Source: Polaromonas sp.
GTDB lineage: Bacteria; Pseudomonadota; Gammaproteobacteria; Burkholderiales; Burkholderiaceae_C
DNA: 64,000 nucleotides
Reading direction: 5' to 3'
NCBI GenBank assembly: GCA_043728315.1
Contig: JAYTMT010000002.1
Location: 17,138 to 81,137, forward strand
Shown: in pieces, positions 28,781-38,454 of the stretch
Position numbering within the stretch: position 1 is the first letter of the stretch
Layout: every line of letters begins with the position of its first letter
Translations under genes and position numbers: made by a program
Notes under the pieces: generated by a model
Told to the model about the DNA's origin: nothing
Database searches by the model: none
Seen by the model: only the letters and a program-made list of their open reading frames with translations

Positions 28781-29485
28781 ATGGTCCTTTCTAATGCGCT
28801 GGCGACAGAACCCACCCCCACACCACTGCGCGGTGTCAAAGCTTCTACTTTGAAACTGCTCTTGGATACCGCCATGTCACTGATGACCGAGCGCGGGTAT
28901 ATTCCCTCGATAGCCGAGGTGGCGATGCGCGCGCACGTCTCTCGTGCCACGGCTTACCGCTACTTTGCCAGCCGCAGCGAGCTGATTGCAGCTGTGGTGG
29001 ATATTTCGCTGGGCCCTGTGCGCAGTTTTCATTCAACACTGACTGATGGACGCGCCCGTGTGGCGCAATTGTTTGAAGAAACTTTTCCGCGCTTCAAGGA
29101 GTTTGAACCGCAACTTCGTGCTGCGGCGCAGCTCTCTCTTGAACACCAAGCGCTGGAACGTGCTGGTTTATTAGAAGAAAAGCCTTACCGCCGTGGCCAC
29201 CGCATTGCGATCTTGGCGCACGCCATTGAGCCACTAAGCACACAGCTCACCCCAGAAGTGCATCAAAAACTACACCAAGCCTTGTCTGTGGTTTATGGAA
29301 TTGAGCCCTACATCATCTTGCGCGACATATGGCATGCCACAGACAAACAGATTGAGAACACCGCGTTGTGGATGGCGCAGGCCTTGTTAGATGCAGCAAT
29401 AAAAGAATGCCAAGGCATCCCCTCAGAACCAAGACCCCCAGCACGCGTAACCCGCCGCAGCCGCGCCATGTCACAGCCAGTCTAA
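28781..29485 (+). CDS. TetR family transcriptional regulator
   Basis: N-terminal HTH IAEVAMRAHVSRATAYRYFASR. It is divergent from the catabolic operon. Confidence 0.85.
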   Translation: MVLSNALATEPTPTPLRGVKASTLKLLLDTAMSLMTERGYIPSIAEVAMRAHVSRATAYRYFASRSELIAAVVDISLGPVRSFHSTLTDGRARVAQLFEETFPRFKEFEPQLRAAAQLSLEHQALERAGLLEEKPYRRGHRIAILAHAIEPLSTQLTPEVHQKLHQALSVVYGIEPYIILRDIWHATDKQIENTALWMAQALLDAAIKECQGIPSEPRPPARVTRRSRAMSQPV

Positions 29486-29657
29486 GCCGTATCTGGACTT
29501 GTCGGCTTTAACAGCCAGATAGGCGCTCAGCGCTGGTAAGCGCAAAAACAGTTGCACCATCCCATAAATTAGGGATTGAGCGGAGTGCGCAAGTGGGTAA
29601 CAATTGGTTAAAGTGTGGTTTGCTGCGCAAAGTGCGGCAGTTCACCAATTTTGATGC

Positions 29658-30362
29658 ATGAAAATCTCTGCTATGACTACTATTTCTAATGCTTTTTCGC
29701 GCCATGTGGGCGGTGCTTTTCGTTGCGCCACTCTGGGGGGCGCAGCTGTTCTGTCACTGTCTGCATTGACAGCAGCAGCCCAAGCACCAACTGCAGCGCA
29801 GATGATTGAGCAACTCAAAACCCAGCCCGCGCCAGCAGTGGCTCCCGCCAATGCACCCAGAACACGAAGCTTGCGCAACTTGACCGTGGAGGCAGTCAAC
29901 CCTGCGGCAGCTACTGCCACAGCAGCCGCGCCTGCTACAGTTGGCGCAGCAGCCAGCGCTGGGCCGGCAGCTGCCACTGGAGCGCCTGTAGCAGCGCAAA
30001 CACCTGCACCCACCGAGCCAGCGCGCCCATCGCTGTCCCTGCTGATCCAATTTGACTTCAATTCCGCCCGCGTCAAGCCCGAGAGCCAGCAGGCACTGGC
30101 CAATTTGGCGGTGGCGTTGCAGTCGCCCGAGCTTAAAACCTTTCGCTTCGCCGTAGAAGGCCACACCGATGCCCAAGGCCGCGCCGACTACAACCAAAAG
30201 CTCTCGCAGCAGCGGGCGGATGCCGTGCGTGACCAGCTTAGCAGCCAAGGCGTGGCCGCTGCGCGCCTCTCGCCAGTGGGCAAGGGGTCGAGCGAGTTGG
30301 CCAAGCCCGACGAGCCCTATTCGGCTGAAAATCGCCGCGTGCGCATTGTCAACATGGACTAA
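29658..30362 (+). CDS. OmpA-family (OmpA_C peptidoglycan-binding) exported protein
   Basis: Signal peptide ...LTAAAQA-P, an Ala/Pro-rich linker, then FDFNSARV...VEGHTDAQGRADYNQKLSQQRADAV...NRRVRIV. Confidence 0.85.
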   Translation: MKISAMTTISNAFSRHVGGAFRCATLGGAAVLSLSALTAAAQAPTAAQMIEQLKTQPAPAVAPANAPRTRSLRNLTVEAVNPAAATATAAAPATVGAAASAGPAAATGAPVAAQTPAPTEPARPSLSLLIQFDFNSARVKPESQQALANLAVALQSPELKTFRFAVEGHTDAQGRADYNQKLSQQRADAVRDQLSSQGVAAARLSPVGKGSSELAKPDEPYSAENRRVRIVNMD

Positions 30363-30449
30363 CTCTCTGTGCCCGCTACAGCTATCCGCATCCACGTCGC
30401 CAAGCGTCCAACCAATCAAAAAATGCACTGATTTATGAAATTTAAGCAC

Positions 30450-30494
30450 AATGTCAGCGTCATATGGTCATATTGCGCTATTAAAAATGTAGTG
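30450..30494 (+). repeat. dispersed repeat core, copy B
   Basis: aatgtcagcgtcatatggtcatattgcgctattaaaaatgtagtg, with subfamily 2 left flank atttatgaaatttaagcac. It overlaps the 5' end of the caspase-1 ORF. Confidence 0.85.
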
Positions 30495-32831
30495 AATAAA
30501 ATCGCCGTGGCTTGCTCCATAGTCTGCGGCACATGCAGCCTTGGTCTGCCACCAGCGGCTTGGGCGCAAGCGGCCAAGCCCGCCAGCAGCAAGGACGCCG
30601 ACCGCAATTTGCAGGTTACCGCTGCGCCAGCGGCAGCGTTTCCGGGCCAGTCTGCGGGACGGCGCGTGGCCTTGGTGATTGGCAACAGCGCCTACAAAGA
30701 CTCGCCCCTGCTCAACCCCGTGAACGACGCACGCGCTATCAGCGCCGCGCTGACGGAGTCTGGCTTCACCGTGATTGCCCGCGAAAACACCGACCAGCGC
30801 GGCATGCTGTCAGCCCTGCGCGAGTTTGGCGACAAGCTGCGCGACGGCGGCGTGGGTATTTTTTATTACGCAGGCCATGGCATGCAAATCAAGGGGCGCA
30901 ATTATTTGATCCCCGTGGGCGCAAGCATTGAGCGTGAGGACGAGGTGGCCTACAGCGCGGTGGACGCGCAGGCCGTGCTCGACAAAATGGAAGCTGCAGG
31001 CAACGGCACCAACATAATGATTTTAGATGCCTGCCGCAACAACCCCTTTACCCGCAGCACCCGCAGCGGCCAAGCCGGTTTGGCGCAAATGGACGCGCCC
31101 GTGGGCACTTTGGTGGCCTTTGCCACCAGCCCGGGCGCTGTTGCCAGCGACGGCGGCGGGCAAAACGGCCTGTACACCCAGCACCTGCTCACCGCCATGC
31201 GCCAGCAGGGCGCTAAGGTGGAAGATGTGTTCAAGCAGGTGCGCGCCAATGTGCGACGCGACTCGCAGGGCAAGCAAGTGCCATGGGAGAGCACCTCGCT
31301 GGAAGGGGATTTTTACTTCAAAGTGCCCACTGGTTTGACTGCTGGCGCACCCAGCGCGGGTTTCAACGCAAATGCCGCAGTAGAAGCCGCCCTGTGGGAT
31401 GCTGTGAAAAATAGCTCCACACCCATCGAGCTGCGCGCCTACCTTAACCGCTATCCGCAGGGGCAATTTGCAGCGCCCGCGCGCGCGCGCTTGGAGCAAT
31501 TGCTGCCAGCTACAGCGCAAACAGCTGCTGCGGTAAACCCGGCTACCCAAAGCCCCCGCGTGAATTACCGTGTGGGCGATAGCTGGACATTTGCGGTCGA
31601 TAACTTGCTCACCAACAAGCAAAGCAGCTACACCCACCGCATCACATCAGTGGCGGCCAATGGCGACGGTTTGATAAATGAAGGTGCTGTTGTGTATAGC
31701 GCCACGGCCCAAGCCAAATACATACGCAGCGAAGACCGCGAGCGGTTTTATAGCGATGGCTTTCGCAGCACCCCCAGTCAATTGCGCATCGGCTTTAAAG
31801 AGCCTGTGAGCTACGAAATCATCACCAAAAATAAAGACGGCAGAGATGACAAGTTCATAGCCGCAGGCACGATTGAAGTCGCAGCCCAAGAAAAAGTCAG
31901 CACCCCCGCTGGCGAATTCATGGCTTGGCGCATCAAGCGCATCACCCGCGGCACCTTGGCCAACGGCGATGCGCATTTGCTAGACCACACCTACTGGTAT
32001 GCGCCCGAAATAAAACGCTTGGTAGCCCAAGACACCACCGACACCAATCTCACCACAGGCAAAATCACCTCACGCGCCAAGGTGAGCTTGCAAAAATACT
32101 ACTTAGCAGATGCCACCCTGAGCGCCAGCGCAGATGGCATAGCCGCCGTAGAGAAGCGCACCGACGAGTTGCTGGCGCAGCTGGCACTGGCTAAGCCCGC
32201 AAGCAGTGGCAGCCCTAAGCCAAGCATTGCGAGCAACAGCTTTGGCTACACCGTGGGTGACCGCTGGCGCTACCAAACGGTAGACCGCTACAAATCAGAG
32301 GTCACAGGCAATTGGTCGCGTCAGGTGGATAAATTTGATGCACAAGGCGGCATCACCATGCGCGGGGGCACTGTACGCTGGTCAGCAGACGGCTCGTGGC
32401 GCTACCAGCGCGATGCAGATGGCAGCACGCTGGAGTATTCTGATAATTTCAAAATGGTGCCTGCCACGCTCAAGGCGGGTCACTCAGAGAAAGCAAAGTT
32501 CACGCTCACGTGGAAAAACAGCGGTGGAAACGGACAAGAGGAACGCAGCGGTGATGTCAAGGTGCTTGGCCTAGAAAAAATCAAAGTGCCCGCTGGGGAA
32601 TTTGACGCTTGGAAAATCGAGCACAAAGGCTTCATCACAGGTAAAAACCTCAGCGCTTCCACCGCCTATAACCAAAGCTACACCTTGGTGCAATGGTATG
32701 TGCCCGCTCTGCGCGCCTATGTGGCAGAAGACTATGAACGGCGCGATAGCCGTGGCAATATCGACCGCTTTGTTCGCCAAGAGCTCACCAGCTTTGAGGT
32801 GGCAGGGGCTCAGCACCTCGCCCAGCGCTAA
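30492..32831 (+). CDS. exported caspase-family (peptidase C14) protein with two C-terminal beta-rich repeat domains (caspase-1)
   Basis: Signal peptide ...LPPAAWA-QA. C14 blocks VALVIGNSAY, NPVNDA, YYAGHGMQ (His) and LDACRNNPF (Cys). The start is ambiguous: ATG 30435 lies inside the repeat flank, and in-frame GTG 30492 gives a normal-length signal peptide. Confidence 0.8.
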   Translation: MNKIAVACSIVCGTCSLGLPPAAWAQAAKPASSKDADRNLQVTAAPAAAFPGQSAGRRVALVIGNSAYKDSPLLNPVNDARAISAALTESGFTVIARENTDQRGMLSALREFGDKLRDGGVGIFYYAGHGMQIKGRNYLIPVGASIEREDEVAYSAVDAQAVLDKMEAAGNGTNIMILDACRNNPFTRSTRSGQAGLAQMDAPVGTLVAFATSPGAVASDGGGQNGLYTQHLLTAMRQQGAKVEDVFKQVRANVRRDSQGKQVPWESTSLEGDFYFKVPTGLTAGAPSAGFNANAAVEAALWDAVKNSSTPIELRAYLNRYPQGQFAAPARARLEQLLPATAQTAAAVNPATQSPRVNYRVGDSWTFAVDNLLTNKQSSYTHRITSVAANGDGLINEGAVVYSATAQAKYIRSEDRERFYSDGFRSTPSQLRIGFKEPVSYEIITKNKDGRDDKFIAAGTIEVAAQEKVSTPAGEFMAWRIKRITRGTLANGDAHLLDHTYWYAPEIKRLVAQDTTDTNLTTGKITSRAKVSLQKYYLADATLSASADGIAAVEKRTDELLAQLALAKPASSGSPKPSIASNSFGYTVGDRWRYQTVDRYKSEVTGNWSRQVDKFDAQGGITMRGGTVRWSADGSWRYQRDADGSTLEYSDNFKMVPATLKAGHSEKAKFTLTWKNSGGNGQEERSGDVKVLGLEKIKVPAGEFDAWKIEHKGFITGKNLSASTAYNQSYTLVQWYVPALRAYVAEDYERRDSRGNIDRFVRQELTSFEVAGAQHLAQR

Positions 32832-32863
32832 GCCCTGCATCGCTAGCCCCTCACCGCCAACCC

Positions 32864-34507
32864 ATGAACCTCTGGCAACGCAGTACCCAAGCCCTAGGCG
32901 CGCTCCCCGCGCGGCGCGTCACGTGGGTGTTGGCCATCGTATTTAGCCTGTGGGCGGTGGCCGATATGGCGTATTTCAAGGTATCTAGCGGCTTGGCGCA
33001 AAACAGCTACGACGCGATGGTGCGCGCCCGCCTGTATGCCCCGCCCGCCGACCCGCGCGTGCTGATCATCGACATTGACGAAGCATCGCTCTCGCGCATG
33101 GCCAGTGAGTTTGGCCGCTGGCCGTGGCCGCGCGACACGCTGGCTACCGTGCTTGATTACATCGAAAAGCAAGCGCCCGCCGCCGTGGTGTGGGATGTGC
33201 TGTTTGCCGACCCGGACCGCCTCTCGCCTGGCGGCGACAAAGCTTTTGACGAGGCGGCCAAGCGCAGTGCCCACAGCCATTTTCCGGTGGTGCGCCTGCC
33301 CGCTGCCAACGACGGCAAAAGCAAACTGAGCCGCAGCGGTTTGCCCAATTTGTGGCTGCCCAGCACAGATGCGGCGGTGAACCAAAGCACGCAAACGCTG
33401 GCTGTGATCCCTCCATTTTTGGCAAGCATTGCCAACAGTCGCTTGGGCTACAACAACGGCTACCCCGACAACGATGGCGTGCTGCGCCGCTACCGCTATG
33501 TGGAGCGCCTGCCCGGAGGCGGCGTGATCCAGTCCATTCCCGTGAGCGTGGCGCGCAGCCTGAATGCTGCGCAAATGCAAAATACTTCTAATTTAATAGC
33601 AGAAGACGACGCTTTCACGCCGACATCAGGTAAAAAAATCTTAAAAGACAAGCTCATGGTGTGGCGCAAAAATGCCAACGCCTACCCGCGCGTGGCTTTT
33701 GCCGATGTGTTCAACGCCGCCGAGGGCGGCAAGCCCCTGAAAGCGCTGCCCGATTTCAAAGGCAAAATCATCGTCATAGGGTCCACTGCGCCCAGTTTGC
33801 ATGACATCCACCCCACGCCGCTGGCGCCCACGCAGGCTGGCGTAGACAGCTTGGCCACCGCCATCGACAACGCTGTGAACGGCCATTTCGTGGCCGAGCT
33901 GCCGCGCTGGCTGCAAGCGGGGCTGGCCGTGCTCATGTGTGTGCTGCTGGCCTACTGGGTGAGCGGTTTTCAGGGCGGCAAAGGCTTGGCCTCATTAGAC
34001 CCAGCCTTGTTGATCTTGCCGGGCACTTTGCTGGCCATCAGCTTTGCCAGCCTCAATGGCACGCCCTTGTTCGTTGACTTGCAGCTGGCCGCAGGCACTG
34101 CCTTGCTTTTTTTAGCGGCGCTGCGCACATGGAATGGCTGGCGGCGCGACCACTGGTGTGGCTACTCGCCCGCCCCAGAAGCGCTTGTTGGTGTGCACGC
34201 CTCCCAGCCGCTGGCCGGTGTGGGCCTGGACCGCTTGATTGGCATGTTGGCCAAACACGCCCCCGCTTGCCGCGTGGTGGCCGGTGATGCCAGCGCCACA
34301 TGGCCGGCCAGCCTGCGCTGGAGCGAGTTGGCGCGCTTTTGTGCCGTATGCGGCCCCGCTGAGCAGCTTGCGGCTTTGGCGCAAGCGCCTTGGCCAGACG
34401 GCACGCAGTTTGGCGCCACGCAAATGCTGGCTAATTTGCCTGCCGACAACCCGCAGCGCAGCGCCCACATTGCCCAAGCAGCAGTGCGTGCTTGCGCCGC
34501 TTTATAA
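32864..34507 (+). CDS. CHASE2 domain membrane protein without recognisable output domain
   Basis: N-terminal TM segment and the CHASE2 hallmark VLIIDIDEASLSRMASEFGRWPWPRDTLATVLDYI...VVWDVLFADPD. Three C-terminal TM helices are followed by a ~130-aa tail in which I recognise no motif. Confidence 0.8.
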   Translation: MNLWQRSTQALGALPARRVTWVLAIVFSLWAVADMAYFKVSSGLAQNSYDAMVRARLYAPPADPRVLIIDIDEASLSRMASEFGRWPWPRDTLATVLDYIEKQAPAAVVWDVLFADPDRLSPGGDKAFDEAAKRSAHSHFPVVRLPAANDGKSKLSRSGLPNLWLPSTDAAVNQSTQTLAVIPPFLASIANSRLGYNNGYPDNDGVLRRYRYVERLPGGGVIQSIPVSVARSLNAAQMQNTSNLIAEDDAFTPTSGKKILKDKLMVWRKNANAYPRVAFADVFNAAEGGKPLKALPDFKGKIIVIGSTAPSLHDIHPTPLAPTQAGVDSLATAIDNAVNGHFVAELPRWLQAGLAVLMCVLLAYWVSGFQGGKGLASLDPALLILPGTLLAISFASLNGTPLFVDLQLAAGTALLFLAALRTWNGWRRDHWCGYSPAPEALVGVHASQPLAGVGLDRLIGMLAKHAPACRVVAGDASATWPASLRWSELARFCAVCGPAEQLAALAQAPWPDGTQFGATQMLANLPADNPQRSAHIAQAAVRACAAL

Positions 34508-34619
34508 GCTTGCTACAAATACCCTGTTTCAAATACCCTGCCAATGCCAACCCTGCACATTCCGCACGCTAGACCGCATGCCATCCATTTTTAGACAATT
34601 ACCCACCAAGGAGCGAACT

Positions 34620-36740
34620 ATGAACCACCACCAATTTACCCCATTTGCACGCAGCCTGAGCGCCATTGCATGGTGTTTGGCCGCCGCAGGCGCAGGCGCG
34701 CAAAGCACCGCGCCCGTGCAGGTGCTGCGCAGCACCGAGCTGCGCAGCGACAAAATTCCAAGCGCTGAAGCCATGGCACAAGTAGCCGCAGGCAGCAGCT
34801 TGCAAGTGCTCAGCTTAGAAGGCGGCTGGGCCTATGTGGAGGCGGGCGGCAAACGCGGCTGGGTGCGCGCATCGGTGCTTAACCTGAGCGCCACCACCAG
34901 TGCCGCCGCCGCGCAAGACTCTGCGCGTGGCGCATCGGGCAACACCGCGCTTACGCTGGGTGTGCGCAGCCTCACGCCGCGGGTGGACCGCCACGCCCTG
35001 ATCATTGGCGTGGGCGTGTATGCAGACAAAGACACCCCGCCCTTGCCGGGGACCAAAATTGACCGCGAATCGGCCACCCAAATTGCGCAAGCCATGCAAG
35101 TGCCAGTAGGCAATATTGCCTATCTGCACGACGCTGCAGCCACGGGCGATGCCATCCGCAAAGCGCTGACTGACCTGAACAGCCGCGTGCAAGACGGCGA
35201 CAAAGTGTTCATCCATTACAGCGGCCACGGCACGCGCTACAAAGACGATGCCTCCGGAGGCTGCGTAGAAGCCTTGTTGGCCTACGATGGCGGACAAAAA
35301 GGCACGATCACCAACCGCGAGATGGCCGATTTGCTCAAGCCGATTACAGGCAAAACCGACAAGCTCATGGTGATTTATGATGCCTGCCACTCGGGCGGCC
35401 TGATCAAAGCCGATGCACCCCTGCGCTCGCGCGGCATCAGTGTGCTGGGGGATGAAGGCGCGCTGCGTCCCAAATTCTCCAGCATCACCGAAGAGTGCGG
35501 GCGCCCTGTCAACATCAAAACCCGCAACCTCACGGTAGAGCAGGTCAGCAAGGGCGCGCTGCCCCAAGACATCATCCACATCAGCGCCGCGCGCGACAAC
35601 GAGATCAGCTTTGACGATGAGTTCAAAGGTGGCTTGGCCACCCAATTTATCCGCGACTGCATGCTGCGCGATGCCAAAGACCTGGATGGCTCAGGCGCTA
35701 TCAGTATGAAAGAAGTGCAGATGTGCGCCCAAGAAAAAGTCAACAACCGCATGAAGAACGATGCCAACTTCAAGGCGCACAACATCACCCTGTCGGGTAA
35801 CGGCGAGTTCGTGCCAGCATGGTTTAGCCAAGCGGCCATAGCGGCCACTTCTGCGGCAGCACCTGTTGTGATGGCTGCCGCTATACCCTCGGCGGCTTCT
35901 GCCGCCGCCGCGGTGGCGGCCGCCCCAGCAGCTGTGGGAGCGGCCACCTCAGCCGCAGGCGCTGTGGCTAGCGCCATAGGCGCAGTGGCCTCCACGGCCG
36001 CCGCTGTTAAACCCACGGCAACGCCCGCCCCTGTGGTAGCCAGTGCCCCAGCCAGCCCTGCGCGCCCCCCCACAACAGCCCCTGTCGCCGTGGCTGTTGC
36101 ACCCCCTGTTCGTCCGCAAACGCCTGCGCCAGCCGTTGCAGCCGCTGCGCAAGTAGCAGCCGCAGTGGCCGTGCCTGTCGTAGCCGTAGCACCCGTAGCC
36201 CCGCCTGCTCTGTCAGGCGAGCAAGCCCTGCGCCAAATGTATGACCAGCGCGATGCCAAGCGCAATGTGCGCGTGGTCACCAGCAAAGACAAACTCAAAA
36301 TCGGTGAAGATTCGTTTGACTTTTCCGTGCAGTCCGAAAAAGACGGCTATGTGTATGTGGCCATGGCAGGCTCAGACAACAAAAGCATGTATTTGCTGTT
36401 TCCTAACGACTTGGACCAAAACAACAAAATAGAAGCAGGCAAACAGCTGCTGCTGCCCCGCCCCAACTGGCGTTTAAAGGCCAGCGGCCCTGCAGGCACA
36501 GACACTATTCTTGTCTTTGTGGCCGACGGTCCACGCGACCTCACCAGCCTTGCTGGCAGCAAAGCCGGGCCCTTCGTCACATCGCTCAACGACAGCACTG
36601 GCCGCGCCCGCCTAGGCGCGCTCATGAGCACCAGCAAAACCGTTACCACCCAAGAGTGCAGCGGCGCAGCCCGCAAAAACAACCCCCTGTGCTCGGACGC
36701 TTATGGTGCTGCGATGATCAGTGTGGAAGAGGTGAAATAG
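34620..36740 (+). CDS. exported SH3b - caspase (C14) - Ala/Pro linker - DUF4384 protein (caspase-2)
   Basis: ATG 34620 has an AAGGAG RBS (track ORF 34239 is an upstream extension overlapping the CHASE2 gene). Signal peptide ...AGAGA-QS. SH3b-like GWAYVEAGGKRGWV. C14 blocks HYSGHG and YDACHSGG. The C-terminal 'DGYVYVAMAGSDNKSMYLLFPN' is typical of DUF4384. Confidence 0.8.
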   Translation: MNHHQFTPFARSLSAIAWCLAAAGAGAQSTAPVQVLRSTELRSDKIPSAEAMAQVAAGSSLQVLSLEGGWAYVEAGGKRGWVRASVLNLSATTSAAAAQDSARGASGNTALTLGVRSLTPRVDRHALIIGVGVYADKDTPPLPGTKIDRESATQIAQAMQVPVGNIAYLHDAAATGDAIRKALTDLNSRVQDGDKVFIHYSGHGTRYKDDASGGCVEALLAYDGGQKGTITNREMADLLKPITGKTDKLMVIYDACHSGGLIKADAPLRSRGISVLGDEGALRPKFSSITEECGRPVNIKTRNLTVEQVSKGALPQDIIHISAARDNEISFDDEFKGGLATQFIRDCMLRDAKDLDGSGAISMKEVQMCAQEKVNNRMKNDANFKAHNITLSGNGEFVPAWFSQAAIAATSAAAPVVMAAAIPSAASAAAAVAAAPAAVGAATSAAGAVASAIGAVASTAAAVKPTATPAPVVASAPASPARPPTTAPVAVAVAPPVRPQTPAPAVAAAAQVAAAVAVPVVAVAPVAPPALSGEQALRQMYDQRDAKRNVRVVTSKDKLKIGEDSFDFSVQSEKDGYVYVAMAGSDNKSMYLLFPNDLDQNNKIEAGKQLLLPRPNWRLKASGPAGTDTILVFVADGPRDLTSLAGSKAGPFVTSLNDSTGRARLGALMSTSKTVTTQECSGAARKNNPLCSDAYGAAMISVEEVK

Positions 36741-36763
36741 GGTAAATTATAAAAAATACTACT

Positions 36764-36807
36764 GATGTCATCGTCATATGGTCATAGTGTGCTATTAAAT
36801 TAATACT
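36764..36807 (+). repeat. dispersed repeat core, copy C
   Basis: gatgtcatcgtcatatggtcatagtgtgctattaaattaatact, preceded by aaaaaatactact. It ends 18 nt before the caspase-3 GTG. Confidence 0.8.
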
Positions 36808-36825
36808 CAAACGAGGAGATAAGCG

Positions 36826-38418
36826 GTGATTCATAAATTCTCAAAACGGCTTGCATGCTTGGCGGCATCCACGCAAATTTCACGCACTTTGGCCAAATCT
36901 GCACTGGCCCTGGCCATCACAGCTTCGCTGCTGCCGCTGTCTGCCCAAGCCCCGGTTGACCTGCGCATTGCCTTGGTGATTGGCAACGCTGCGTATGCAG
37001 GCGCAGCCGCGCTGGCCAACCCTGCCAACGATGCCAAGGCCATGGGCGAGGCGCTGCGCGGCCTAGGCTTTGCCGTGGTTGAGATCCGCGACGGCAGCCG
37101 CGCCCAGATGGCAGAGGCTATAGGCAAGGTGCAAGCAAGCCTCAAAGGCAAGCAAGGCATAGGCATGCTTTACTACGCAGGCCACGGCCTGCAAGTCGAT
37201 TGGCGCAACTTCATGGTGCCCATTGATGCCAAGCTGGCCAAAGCCGCCGATGTGCCAGAGCAAACCATAGATTTGGGGAGCGTCATCGACGCATTCAAAT
37301 CAGCTGGCAACCGCATGAACATTGTGGTGCTCGATGCCTGCCGCGACAACCCGTTTGAAACAGGCGGCAACAAAGTGTCCACAGGCAAAGGCCTAGCACC
37401 GCTTGATGCGCCTACGGGCACATTCCTAGCCTATGCCACCGCGCCTGGCAATGTGGCCGAAGACGGCGATACCAAAAGCGTGGACGGAAAAGCAGGCAAT
37501 GGCCTGTACACCCAATTTTTATTGCAAGAGCTCAAAAAACCAGCAGCCAAAATCGAAGACGTGTTCAAGCGTGTGCGCCTGAACGTGCGCCAAAAATCCG
37601 AAGGCAGACAAATCCCGTGGGAGTCCACCAGTTTAGAAGACGACTTTTATTTCAACGCAGGCCTCAAGTCCACGCAAAAAGAATCCGACAGCGACAAAGA
37701 AAAAGCCTTTGCACTAGAAAAAGCCGATTGGGACAAGATCAAAGACAGCAAAGCGGCCAACGACTTTTATGCGTTTTTGCAGAAATACCCCAGTGGTTTT
37801 ATTACCGAGCAGGCGCAATTCAAAGTAGAGCAACTTCAAAAGGCGCAAACAAACGCGGTTGCTAATCGCGACGGTGTGACCCCAATTGCCGCCAGCGCAC
37901 GCAGATTTCGTCTGGGCGACGAGACAGAATTGGACATCATTGACGGATTTACCAAACTGAGTCGCCGAGTGAAAATAACGGTGGTTAAGGCCAATGACGA
38001 AGAAGTTGAACTTAGCGCAGGACAGATTTGGGGGCAAACAGGTACATTGCTGAAAAATAACTTTGGCACGCACAGCCCCGGCATTTTGATTTCCCCATCA
38101 GATTTGGCATTAGGTAAGCGTTGGAAAACCGCTTTTCAAACCAAAAGACCAGATGGTGTACTGGAAACCTCGTTTTGGGAATACCACGCAAAAGCATACG
38201 AGACGATTACTGTGCCGCAAGGGACATTCAAGGCGATCTATGTAGTTGGCAGTGGTCAGGCGCGCTGGCCTAATGGCATCACCCATTTAGAGGCCAAGTC
38301 GTGGTTTGATCCCGTTAGTTTGCGCAGGCTGCGTCACGAAAGTATTTTTCGCAACAGCGGAAAAATTACCCATTTTCAAATCATTGATTCGGTGTCTTTT
38401 AAACAAGGCGCGGGTTGA
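36826..38418 (+). CDS. exported caspase-family (C14) protein with one C-terminal beta-rich repeat domain (caspase-3)
   Basis: GTG start after a GAGGAG RBS. Signal peptide ...LPLSAQA-PV. C14 blocks ALVIGNAAY, NPANDA, YYAGHGLQ and LDACRDNPF. It is a close paralog of the caspase-1 protease domain. Confidence 0.85.
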   Translation: MIHKFSKRLACLAASTQISRTLAKSALALAITASLLPLSAQAPVDLRIALVIGNAAYAGAAALANPANDAKAMGEALRGLGFAVVEIRDGSRAQMAEAIGKVQASLKGKQGIGMLYYAGHGLQVDWRNFMVPIDAKLAKAADVPEQTIDLGSVIDAFKSAGNRMNIVVLDACRDNPFETGGNKVSTGKGLAPLDAPTGTFLAYATAPGNVAEDGDTKSVDGKAGNGLYTQFLLQELKKPAAKIEDVFKRVRLNVRQKSEGRQIPWESTSLEDDFYFNAGLKSTQKESDSDKEKAFALEKADWDKIKDSKAANDFYAFLQKYPSGFITEQAQFKVEQLQKAQTNAVANRDGVTPIAASARRFRLGDETELDIIDGFTKLSRRVKITVVKANDEEVELSAGQIWGQTGTLLKNNFGTHSPGILISPSDLALGKRWKTAFQTKRPDGVLETSFWEYHAKAYETITVPQGTFKAIYVVGSGQARWPNGITHLEAKSWFDPVSLRRLRHESIFRNSGKITHFQIIDSVSFKQGAG

Positions 38419-38454
38419 TACATTAGCCCAAAATACATCCATCTTTTTTACATA

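Noticed and set aside
34239-34619. 127-codon N-terminal extension of the caspase-2 ORF
   Set aside because: It overlaps the 3' end of the CHASE2 gene in another frame. ATG 34620 has a strong AAGGAG RBS and yields a canonical signal peptide.
35375-36298. 307-aa minus-strand ORF, and several others, inside caspase-2
   Set aside because: It is antisense to the Ala/Pro-rich linker of a well-supported gene. The translation is pure Ala/Thr/Gly low complexity.
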